24,638 nucleotides of DNA from an uncultured archaeon (GTDB taxonomy: Archaea > Asgardarchaeota > Thorarchaeia > Thorarchaeales > Thorarchaeaceae): NCBI GenBank assembly GCA_964610875.1, contig CAZSWP010000049.1, positions 1 to 24,638 of the forward strand, written 5' to 3'. The notes under the pieces are model-generated. The model worked only from the letters and a program-made list of their open reading frames with translations, did not search any database and was not told the DNA's origin. Within the stretch, counting starts at the first letter, position 1; every line of letters starts with the position of its first letter. Position numbers and translations under genes: made by a program. Positions 1-7,629 of this stretch are shown piece by piece.

Positions 1-246
1 GTTGAAGAAGCCCTTGGAGAAGTAGATTATTCTCTAACAGAAAAAATGAAGAGCAGTAGGGAATTCTCACGTTCTCTATTTGTGATAAAGGACATTGAAG
101 CTGGGGAGGAACTGACGAAGGATAATATCAGATCAATTCGTCCGGGGTTTGGATTGCCACCAAAACATCTGAATGAAATATTGGGAAAACATGCTGTGAT
201 AGGGATAAAGAAAGGAACACCACTCTCATGGAATCTTTTTGAATAG
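1..246 (+). CDS. Partial (5'-truncated) pseudaminic acid/N-acetylneuraminate synthase (PseI/NeuB family), C-terminal SAF domain
   Basis: Frame 1 is open from base 1: VEEALGEVDYSLTEKMKSSREFSRSLFVIKDIEAGEELTKDNIRSIRPGFGLPPKHLNEILGK...KKGTPLSW. This matches the RSL..kDI.aGe..t..Ni...RPG.GL.P SAF tail of PseI/NeuB. The ATG at 46 is internal. Confidence 0.85.
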   Translation, partial: VEEALGEVDYSLTEKMKSSREFSRSLFVIKDIEAGEELTKDNIRSIRPGFGLPPKHLNEILGKHAVIGIKKGTPLSWNLFE

Positions 247-274
247 TATGATTCTGTACTTCTCTTTCGAATAA

Positions 275-1057
275 GTGATGGAGAAAAATCCAATGAAACA
301 AGATATCAGAATTTTCGACACACATTGTCATATTGCTAGTAGCGATTTCACTGAAGATCTAGATGTGGTTCTGGAAAAAGCGAAAAAGATGAAAATTGGA
401 CTCGTGAGTTCATCCATTCTGCCAGATGAATGGAAAAGAAACATCGAAATTGCCAGAGAGAATTCACACGTTTTTCCAACCATTGGGTTCGATCCTGTAG
501 AAATCGCTCAGTGTAAAAATACAATTGATTGGATTCTAAAAAATAAGGAGTCACTTGTGGCAATAGGAGAAGTTGGCTTAGACCATTACAGAACTAGAGA
601 TCATTCTGAGAGGAGAATCCAAGAAGAGAACTTCAGAGAGATGATAATCCTAGCTAAGGACCTTTCACTTCCAATTCAAATTCATTCAAGGTCAGCGGGA
701 AAGAAAGCAATCGAAATCCTAACCTCAATGGATGCATCTGATGTTCATTTGCATGCTTTCGATGGAAGAGCTAGTTATGCCATGCAAGCATCAAAAGAAT
801 ATGGTTACTATTTTTCTATTCCAACATCAGTGGTACGGTCGCGTCAGAAACAAAAATTAGTTGCAGCAATTGACATTGAACGAATCCTTGTAGAATCAGA
901 CAGTCCAGTCTTAGGACCAGATAAAACAGTTAGAAATGACCCTAGTAATGTCACGATTGTGATATCTGAGATAGCAAAGATACTGAAAAGAGAACCTCAA
1001 GAAATACAATCTGTCGTTCTTGAAAACACAATGAGGTTATACAAATCAATTCGATGA
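275..1057 (+). CDS. tatD: TatD-family metal-dependent DNase
   Basis: Motifs DTHCH, AIGEVGLD, IHSR, LHAF and ESDSP. The usual GxHP reads GFDP. The true start may be ATG 278 or 293. Confidence 0.9.
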   Translation: MMEKNPMKQDIRIFDTHCHIASSDFTEDLDVVLEKAKKMKIGLVSSSILPDEWKRNIEIARENSHVFPTIGFDPVEIAQCKNTIDWILKNKESLVAIGEVGLDHYRTRDHSERRIQEENFREMIILAKDLSLPIQIHSRSAGKKAIEILTSMDASDVHLHAFDGRASYAMQASKEYGYYFSIPTSVVRSRQKQKLVAAIDIERILVESDSPVLGPDKTVRNDPSNVTIVISEIAKILKREPQEIQSVVLENTMRLYKSIR

Positions 1058-1088
1058 TGTTAGATAATTCTTATACGGAAGAATCTAC

Positions 1089-1745
1089 ATGAAGTTCAAG
1101 ATGAATGACGATATTGAGCAACGCCTTTCAAAAATTGTACTGGAATCAACCATGGAAGCTTCAAGAGAGGAATGGAAATCAGTCATTACAAAAAATGAGT
1201 TGCCTCTCTATAACTATCGATACGATCATGTTCTGAATGTGGTAAAGCTTGTAAAGATCATTGGAAGCCAAACTAATGCAAATATGGACATTCTTCTGCT
1301 TGCTGCTTGGCTCCACGATATTGCTAAACCCGGCATAGGTGGAGTGTCAGAACATGGAATTAAGAGTGCTCAAGCTACCAAGAAGATATTAAGTGAATTT
1401 GATATTGATCAATCGGTACTAGAAAAGGTAGTAGAAATAATAGAGAAGCATGTAGGATTGACACTTGAAAAACCATTAGAACCAATTGAAGCACAATTAC
1501 TTTGGGAAGCAGACAAGCTTGATAAAATAGGATTGACGGGCATTATTCATTTCATAATCAATGGTATAAGAATCAAGCCGAATCAAAGGATTTTCCAAAT
1601 GGTTACAAATATCGTAGACTTCATTCCGCTTGCAGAAAGAATAGGTGCAAGCATGTTTACTGAAAAGAGCAAGGAAATTGCAAAAATAAGACTCAAAAAT
1701 TTGAAAGAATTCGCAAGAAGTTTACAAAATGAAATTCTAGTTTAA
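1089..1745 (+). CDS. HD-domain phosphohydrolase
   Basis: RYDHVLNV...AAWLHDIAK...EHG...KH...EADKLD (H-HD-D signature). TATA-like AATTCTTATAC at about 1065-1076. Confidence 0.85.
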   Translation: MKFKMNDDIEQRLSKIVLESTMEASREEWKSVITKNELPLYNYRYDHVLNVVKLVKIIGSQTNANMDILLLAAWLHDIAKPGIGGVSEHGIKSAQATKKILSEFDIDQSVLEKVVEIIEKHVGLTLEKPLEPIEAQLLWEADKLDKIGLTGIIHFIINGIRIKPNQRIFQMVTNIVDFIPLAERIGASMFTEKSKEIAKIRLKNLKEFARSLQNEILV

Positions 1746-1755
1746 GGCGAGAAAA

Positions 1756-2580
1756 ATGGGAATAAACTCAAGACTGCGTGCAGGAATTCTTACGATTGGA
1801 AATGAAGTGCTCGATGGAATTGTTCTCGATACAAATGCTAATTGGATTGAAAAACAGCTTTTGAACTTGGGTGTGGAAATCTGGAGACATGCCACTGTTA
1901 GAGATACTCTTGATGAGATAGCAGAGGGATTGGAATTCCTAATACATGATTGCGATGTCATAATTACATCAGGAGGATTAGGACCAACTCATGACGATAT
2001 GACATTGATGGCAATTGCCAAGTATTTGAGATTGGATTTAGAAGAGAATGTTGATGCACTGGCAATTGTTCAAAGACAGTATGAATCATTTCACAAGACA
2101 GGTGTCATTGAAACTCGAGATATGACTGACACAAGAAGGAAAATGGGAATCATACCCAAGGGCTCAATTCCATTAGACAATAAAGTTGGTGGAGCGCCAG
2201 GGGTCTACATCGAAACCAAACAGGCTTCCATATTTTGTCTTCCCGGTGTTCCTCCAGAATTGAAGTTTATTTGGAAGGACTCAGTAGAACCATGGCTTAT
2301 CAAACATCGACGAGGTGAATACTATCAGATGATGGCTGAGTTCGATATTATTGACGAGTCGACATTCTCACCCCACATATCACGAGTCATGGAGGAGATT
2401 GAAGGAATCTGGGTGAAATCTATGCCCAAACGATATGGCACATCACTTGTCCTACGAGTGTGGATATCTTCCAGCGGAGATAGTATCGAAGATATTACAA
2501 AAAGTGTAGAATCTGCGGTTTCACGTTTAGAAGAGCTATCAGGACTTGATGCAAAAATAGACGATGAACAAATAAATTAG
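1756..2580 (+). CDS. CinA N-terminal-like / COG1058 molybdopterin-binding-fold protein (putative ADP-ribose/NADH pyrophosphatase), without a PncC deamidase domain
   Basis: ILTIGNEVLDG..LDTNANWI, ITSGGLGPTHDDMT and LPGVPPEL. At 274 aa it is too short to include the C-terminal CinA deamidase domain. Confidence 0.85.
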   Translation: MGINSRLRAGILTIGNEVLDGIVLDTNANWIEKQLLNLGVEIWRHATVRDTLDEIAEGLEFLIHDCDVIITSGGLGPTHDDMTLMAIAKYLRLDLEENVDALAIVQRQYESFHKTGVIETRDMTDTRRKMGIIPKGSIPLDNKVGGAPGVYIETKQASIFCLPGVPPELKFIWKDSVEPWLIKHRRGEYYQMMAEFDIIDESTFSPHISRVMEEIEGIWVKSMPKRYGTSLVLRVWISSSGDSIEDITKSVESAVSRLEELSGLDAKIDDEQIN

Positions 2581-2636
2581 CGCCGATAAATATATCCATC
2601 AGTTTCTATTGAAGAACCTACAGGAGCGAATAAGCT

Positions 2637-3407
2637 TTGCAAGTAGAGTTTGCCATTGAACTCAATGATATCATTGTATTTTTCATCGCAGTCATCTATG
2701 TGGTTTTAGTTCTTACAGTAGGAGATGTTGCTAGACGCAAACTCAATCTGGGTTCGGACTTCACAAGGAAGATTATTCATCTTTTTGCTGGTGCTGCGAT
2801 CTGGACTTTGCCTTACTATCCTCATCCATGGTTTGCCACTTTCGTTGCACTCACCTTTGTGATCATGCTTGGCCTGGCAAACACAGACAGGTTTGGTAGA
2901 TTTTTTGCAGCAATGGCGCGACCAGAGGATCTAGAATCAGGTAGTGTGAGAGGACCGTTTTGGTATGCTGTTTCTTTAACAATCCTTACTGCAATTTTCA
3001 CTTTCACAGGATATGAAGAGATTTACTTCATTGCAGCTGCATCTATTCACATCATGATGCTAGGTGATGGAATGTCAGCTCCCATTGGTATGAGATGGGG
3101 TGAGAACAATTGTAGAATAATCTATGGTTCAAAACGCAGTCTTCATGGTTGTCTCAGTCTATTTCTCTTTGGACTCCTTGGTGCCATGATAGCCTTTTGG
3201 TGGTTTGGTGTCATCAACTATGGTGCGTTTGTGATAGGAGGAGAGATTCAATGGATTACCATGCTGATTCTTGCATTAATTGGTGCACTTTCTGCCACCT
3301 TAATTGAACTCATAACTCCAAAAGGATTGGATAACATAACATTACCACTGATATCTTGTGTTGTTATGTTGATAGCAGGCATGATGTTGGGAGTAGTTGC
3401 ACTCTAA
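2637..3407 (+). CDS. CTP-dependent polyprenol (dolichol/phytol) kinase family membrane protein
   Basis: Multiple TM segments; motifs RKIIHL, GDGMSAPIG..WG, KRSLHG and GLDNITLP. Confidence 0.8.
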   Translation: MQVEFAIELNDIIVFFIAVIYVVLVLTVGDVARRKLNLGSDFTRKIIHLFAGAAIWTLPYYPHPWFATFVALTFVIMLGLANTDRFGRFFAAMARPEDLESGSVRGPFWYAVSLTILTAIFTFTGYEEIYFIAAASIHIMMLGDGMSAPIGMRWGENNCRIIYGSKRSLHGCLSLFLFGLLGAMIAFWWFGVINYGAFVIGGEIQWITMLILALIGALSATLIELITPKGLDNITLPLISCVVMLIAGMMLGVVAL

Positions 3408-3964
3408 CGGCTTGAATCAACAACCAATCTATAGTAGAATGTTCTACCTGCAGTCTGACTCTCTCTCTCAATACGGATTACTTGACCGATTTTAGCACCT
3501 AACACTTTGACTCCAGGATCTTCTCTACGGATTCTGGGGAGCTTGGTTTTGTCGATACCATAGTATTCCAGCACCATGTTGACCTCATCTTTAGGAGCAA
3601 TGACATGTTTGGGCACTAGGTCATGACCAAAAAGATCGAATGATGCGTAGCCACCTTCAACCAGCTCAACACGTGTAGCTCGAGCATGTTTCTTTGCTGC
3701 TGGCGTGAATCTTGAACCACCTACAACCATACCTTCTTGACACTCATTCTCCTCCATATCTCGAACTATGTCTCTAACTAGCGCTACACCTATGACTTTA
3801 GGTTCTTTGTATATCCAACAGCAGCTTTTGATATTCATATCTTCAGTTTTTTTTCTTGGAAACATGACCCATCTGTTTTCATATTCGAGAAGCTCATCTA
3901 CAGTATACGCTCTTAGACTTAGTAGCGAACGGGTTTTGATTATAATCTCAGGTAGTTCTATCAA
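3404..3964 (-). CDS. rpo5: DNA-directed RNA polymerase subunit Rpo5/RpoH with a eukaryote-like RPB5 N-terminal domain
   Basis: The C-terminal ~78 aa HDLVPKH...KLPRIRREDPGVKVLGAKIGQVIRIERESQTAGRTFYYRLVV are canonical Rpo5/RPB5. The N-terminal ~105 aa (EPKVIGV...MEENE..GMVV...FTPAAK) resemble the RPB5 jaw / Mrr-like fold. Confidence 0.93.
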   Translation of the reverse strand: MIELPEIIIKTRSLLSLRAYTVDELLEYENRWVMFPRKKTEDMNIKSCCWIYKEPKVIGVALVRDIVRDMEENECQEGMVVGGSRFTPAAKKHARATRVELVEGGYASFDLFGHDLVPKHVIAPKDEVNMVLEYYGIDKTKLPRIRREDPGVKVLGAKIGQVIRIERESQTAGRTFYYRLVVDSSR

Positions 3965-4029
3965 GTCAGATACACCAGCCAGACTAAACTCGATTGCGAT
4001 TCAGTGGACATATAAGCATTGTCAAGTGG

Positions 4030-4152
4030 TTAATCGTCTTCATAGAGACGCATGGGTTGACCACAACAAACTAGTGTTCCTGGACCAGATTTCTTTACGA
4101 CAACAATCTGTTGACAAATATCACAAACATAGGTCGCTCCTTCTTTCGCCAT
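4030..4152 (-). CDS. Desulforedoxin-like Fe(Cys)4 mini-protein (40 aa; absent from the ORF track)
   Basis: Hand translation from ATG 4152 to TAA 4030: MAKEGATYVCDICQQIVVVKKSGPGTLVCCGQPMRLYEDD. It has the exact C-x2-C-x15-CC desulforedoxin signature and the G.L.CCG.PM tail. Confidence 0.9.
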   Translation of the reverse strand: MAKEGATYVCDICQQIVVVKKSGPGTLVCCGQPMRLYEDD

Positions 4153-4182
4153 AGTATCATCTCAATTTGAATGTTAAAGCTA

Positions 4183-4201
4183 AAATGATTCTTATTCATT
4201 T
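4183..4201. promoter_or_regulatory. Palindrome AAATGA-N7-TCATTT upstream of the desulforedoxin ORF (candidate operator)
   Basis: aaatga ttcttat tcattt, adjacent to a minus-strand TATA-like GCTTTAAC (4173-4180). Confidence 0.35.
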
Positions 4202-4291
4202 ATGGTTTACTTCTTGCCTCAATAAAAAGTTCAAGATATGACCCTAAGGCTATTATCTTGTTTTGAATTCCATAAAGATAGATGATAGAAT

Positions 4292-5176
4292 TTGGAAGGC
4301 ATATCCAAAGCCAAGTTTCTGATGGTTGTAGCATCCGTTATATGGGGCTCTACATTTATTGTCGGTCGTGTTGCTGTCCAGTTCATAGATCCCCTCTTCA
4401 TAGCCTTCTTTGAGAACCTGGTAGGACTTGTTGTTCTTGCAATAGCATTGAGGAGATCGGATGTGGGTCTTGGATGGAATGAATCCTTTTCTCTCCTCAG
4501 AGAACCAAGAATTCTTCTTCTAGGGATATTAAACGGTCTAGCATATGCATTGCAATACTATGCTTTGAGTTTGACAACCGCGATTAACACAAGTCTGTTA
4601 GTCAATCTTGGTCTTAGTATTGCGATTCCTATTTTTGCAGTCATTCTAGGAAAAGAGAAATTATCTGTGCGTAGAATAGTAGCTCTAATCATGGGATTCA
4701 TTGGTGCACTCTTGATAATTACAAATGGAGATCTCTCTATTCTTTCAGAGGGGGCATTCATTGGAGATATGCTGTCCATCTCAATTGGTGTTATTTGGGC
4801 ACTATGGGTCATCGTTGCCCATGATATAATGAAGTCTGAAACACAACCTCTTAGAGTTGTTGCACCGAATACTGTTTACACCGTGGTTCTCCTAGGTATC
4901 ATAACACTAGTATTCAGTAACCTGCAATTGAGTTATCTGACATCTATTGAAGCCATTGCTGCAATAGTCTATCTAGGAGTCTTTTCGATTGGTCTTGCAT
5001 ATGTCCTATATTACGATGCCCTAAAGACGATTGGAGGCACAGGCTCCGCAATATACCTTCTATTACAGTCTGTTGTCACAATGATAATGGGAGTTATTCT
5101 TCTAGGGGAGCTACTTACGCTGATTATGTTATCTGGGGTGCTTCTGGTTCTAATTGCAATTCTGTTTGCCGATTGA
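4292..5176 (+). CDS. EamA/DMT-superfamily transporter (10 TM)
   Basis: IWGSTFIVGR, ILGKEKLS, GDMLS, YLGVFSIGLAYVLYYDAL and ILLGELLT; two EamA repeats. Confidence 0.9.
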   Translation: MEGISKAKFLMVVASVIWGSTFIVGRVAVQFIDPLFIAFFENLVGLVVLAIALRRSDVGLGWNESFSLLREPRILLLGILNGLAYALQYYALSLTTAINTSLLVNLGLSIAIPIFAVILGKEKLSVRRIVALIMGFIGALLIITNGDLSILSEGAFIGDMLSISIGVIWALWVIVAHDIMKSETQPLRVVAPNTVYTVVLLGIITLVFSNLQLSYLTSIEAIAAIVYLGVFSIGLAYVLYYDALKTIGGTGSAIYLLLQSVVTMIMGVILLGELLTLIMLSGVLLVLIAILFAD

Positions 5177-5387
5177 ACCTCAGTTTCAAAAAAGTAGAGG
5201 ATAATTCTGGGGAAAATACCTTAAAATGCGAGGGGGTTTCACTACAAAGAACATTTTTTTGTGAGTGCGTGTGCTATAAAAGTACAATAATCCAGTACTC
5301 GTAAATAGATGTGCTTGAACAGATGGTCTAGATAGATACAAATACTATCGTGCAGATTGATGTTCTAGCAGGTATGAGGCGATATGC

Positions 5388-5813
5388 TTGGTTGGGCTTA
5401 CTAAAGGAATGATTGCAGATGTCAAGAATCAGCAGGAGATAACACTCCCTTCTGATTTCTTTTCAAATCCCATTCTCAAAGATATGAAAGTGGCTATGGT
5501 AATCTATTTTGAGAGATCGGGAGAAGTCAGACTGTTTCCAATGAAAAAAGAAGGCGGTGCACGGGTCAGACTCGAGGTAGAAAAAGTAAATCCTGCTCTT
5601 ATGAAGACAATGACTCAACTCTTTAAACAGCATGATTTGAAAGTGCTTTTTACGACAGGTTTTTGTTTCGAACAAAATCGTTGCATCTATGAAGTCTATT
5701 TCGCAGCTGATGAGATAAAGAATAAGGAACCTAGCATTAGGAGAATCATTGATAACATACCAGGCCTTTACAAAAGTGAATTCGAGATATTAGAGGTTGG
5801 AAAGGACTGGTAA
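5388..5813 (+). CDS. Hypothetical protein, possibly an AbrB-like N-domain plus ACT-like C-domain
   Basis: RBS-like GAGGCGA before the TTG start. VKNQQEITLPSDF...GEVRLFP resembles a swapped-hairpin domain; VRLEVEKVNPALMKTMTQLFKQHDLKVL...IDNIPGL resembles ACT. The domain calls are by pattern only. Confidence 0.7.
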   Translation: MVGLTKGMIADVKNQQEITLPSDFFSNPILKDMKVAMVIYFERSGEVRLFPMKKEGGARVRLEVEKVNPALMKTMTQLFKQHDLKVLFTTGFCFEQNRCIYEVYFAADEIKNKEPSIRRIIDNIPGLYKSEFEILEVGKDW

Positions 5814-6398
5814 TCAGCCTTTTATTCTCAATGCCACGTTTTCCTTTGCACTTGTTTCAACTAGCTCTAGTTCTACTTTTAGAAGAGATTCAAGATAGCC
5901 TCTGATGAATGGGGCGGGATAAAATGGACTTCCGATGATAATCATATCATTTTGAATACGTACTAAACCCCATCCAGCATTCTGCAACAAATCAAGAAGC
6001 ATCTCACGATTCTCCTCAGCATAGGGGTCTGTGCCATAGTTTAATTTAATTATGTCAGTAAAAGGAGCTTGGCTGCCAGCGGTCTGTCCTAACTCGTACT
6101 GCATAGGAGGAGTTAATTTGGAGAAGTATAAAGAGGAGAGCGTTTCTGGTTCTAATGTCATTCTTATTTCATTGAAGTATATACCACGCTCTGTCCATCG
6201 ATGTACTGTGAAATCTAGAAACCATCGAACAGCATCTTCAATTAGTTGAGCTCTTGATCTTGCAACACGATCTTGGACCAAATCATCAATCCTATCAACA
6301 ATAGGTTCACTCATTGTCAGACTGATAATTCGCTTACTCGCCTTGTCATCTTCATCTTTCTTTTTGGATTCATTTTTACCGCGCTTTCCGCCTGACAA
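5814..6398 (-). CDS. Ribbon-helix-helix (CopG/NikR-type) regulator with a V4R-like C-terminal domain
   Basis: RIISLTMSEPIVDRIDDLV...SRAQLIEDAVRWFL is an RHH. YELGQTAG...LQNAGWGLVRI...FIRGYLESLL is a V4R/HNOB-like pattern. Strong RBS GGAGGAGTGA upstream. Confidence 0.8.
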   Translation of the reverse strand: MSGGKRGKNESKKKDEDDKASKRIISLTMSEPIVDRIDDLVQDRVARSRAQLIEDAVRWFLDFTVHRWTERGIYFNEIRMTLEPETLSSLYFSKLTPPMQYELGQTAGSQAPFTDIIKLNYGTDPYAEENREMLLDLLQNAGWGLVRIQNDMIIIGSPFYPAPFIRGYLESLLKVELELVETSAKENVALRIKG

Positions 6399-6425
6399 AA
6401 TTCACTCCTCCTAAGCTTAAACCAC

Positions 6426-6499
6426 AGCTACTCTATCCTGATAGTGAGTATTCGTGGCTACTCGAACATACTATGGTACATGAAAAAGTACTATAAGAA
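6426..6499 (-). promoter_or_regulatory. Putative promoter (TATA ATTCTTATAG) and phased operator repeats for the RHH gene
   Basis: Minus-strand TATA-like element at 6491-6500. TAC/TAT cores at 6429, 6449, 6459, 6469 and 6489. Confidence 0.4.
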
Positions 6500-6583
6500 T
6501 TCTTTGGGCGATTTTTGAGATTCGATATTAGAAGCCACAAACCTTAATCACTAGTTGGGAAACAGGAGAGCAAGGTAATTCTG

Positions 6584-6868
6584 TTGACGTATTGCGAACT
6601 CTGGCTAGAAATGAGAAAGGGCAGCAAAAAGGTCCGAGCCGTGCTTTTAGCACCGAAGGATGTTGATATTCCTGAGGGATTTGAGAGATTGTTGGTTGAT
6701 TCACGTAGTGGAAAGATACTCTATATCACAGAATGGTTTGAGGGGATTAGAGAAGCGAAAGCAAGTATGACAGGAGCCGCTGAGTTTTATAACGAGCGAG
6801 AGGTCAAGTATCTGTTCTTCACAGAGATTAGAAGACCCATTGAACCGGATTCCGATTCATATATTTGA
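6584..6868 (+). CDS. Hypothetical protein (94 aa)
   Basis: Protein-like composition, upstream TATA-like ACCTTAAT and an AGGT RBS; fills an otherwise empty gap. Confidence 0.7.
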   Translation: MTYCELWLEMRKGSKKVRAVLLAPKDVDIPEGFERLLVDSRSGKILYITEWFEGIREAKASMTGAAEFYNEREVKYLFFTEIRRPIEPDSDSYI

Positions 6869-6910
6869 AAAAGAAGAAAAGTGAGGGGAAAGGTCCCCTC
6901 AATTATTTTG
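6868..6910. terminator. Hairpin terminator between convergent genes (strongest for the minus strand)
   Basis: Perfect 8-bp stem TGAGGGGA-AAGG-TCCCCTCA (6882-6901). On the minus strand it is followed by CTTTTCTTCTTTTT; on the plus strand by ATTATTTT. Confidence 0.7.
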
Positions 6911-6931
6911 AAATCAATGTCACCATAGTTG

Positions 6932-7573
6932 TTATGCTACGACCCAACCAAGTATGGATGGATCCCATAGAACAACAATTCCGATTCCCAATGCAGCAAG
7001 CCCAATTATCACTAAAACTGGTGTTGATGCTAATACCTTACCAATAAATGCCATGAAATTCAGAATCACACCTGCAAACATATAGACAAGAATGAAGATG
7101 ACAACTCCGATTACTGCCATCCATTTGAGTGAGATTATCTGAGTAACGATTTCTCCACCTAATGGATCACTAGCAAATGGAGCTAAGAATCCATAGATGG
7201 TGAATGTTGCAAAAATGGCAATAGCTGCAGCAACTATGAATGCCAATGGAAATTTCGAGATTACCCTCATTACAAGAGCAAATCCTATGACTACTAAGAC
7301 CGCGGCGACAACAATAGCTCCTGGTTGAGTTGTATATACAACATAACCAACGAGTATGTCAAGCGCTCCTACGAAGAAACCCAAGAATGTTCCAATCTTA
7401 ACAAATATATCGAAGATGGTGCCAAGAAGTGGAACGGGGTCGGTGATGTTCTCGAAGAGCCATACGGCTCCAAGGATACCGGATCCTATTAGGACCCAAC
7501 CCACAACCCAGGGGTCAGCGAAGAACGCCATGATTTCACCGAGGCTCAAGTCAAATACACCGAATTGTAGCAT
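6932..7573 (-). CDS. Polytopic membrane protein of unknown function (about 6 TM)
   Basis: Very hydrophobic 213 aa ORF with RBS GAGGT, its own TATA-like TACTTTATAG (about 7617-7626) and the downstream hairpin terminator. Confidence 0.8.
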   Translation of the reverse strand: MLQFGVFDLSLGEIMAFFADPWVVGWVLIGSGILGAVWLFENITDPVPLLGTIFDIFVKIGTFLGFFVGALDILVGYVVYTTQPGAIVVAAVLVVIGFALVMRVISKFPLAFIVAAAIAIFATFTIYGFLAPFASDPLGGEIVTQIISLKWMAVIGVVIFILVYMFAGVILNFMAFIGKVLASTPVLVIIGLAALGIGIVVLWDPSILGWVVA

Positions 7574-7629
7574 TGTATTAACCTCGCGATACTAGTACAG
7601 GCAAAGGCACACAGTCCTATAAAGTATTC

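Noticed and set aside
3768-4154. 128-aa plus-strand ORF in the track
   Set aside because: It is the antisense shadow of rpo5 and the desulforedoxin ORF, both of which carry strong motifs.
5177-5387. 210-nt intergenic region as an ncRNA, tRNA or riboswitch
   Set aside because: I found no cloverleaf, convincing stable stem or known motif. It contains TATA-like and T-tract elements consistent with promoter/terminator DNA.
6882-6901. Hairpin as a SECIS element
   Set aside because: It is a simple perfect stem without the internal-loop motifs of a SECIS, and no nearby gene has an in-frame UGA at a Cys-like position. A terminator explains it better.
6865-7047. 60-aa plus-strand ORF (MKKKKSEG...)
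   Set aside because: It runs through the terminator hairpin and is antisense to the membrane protein gene.
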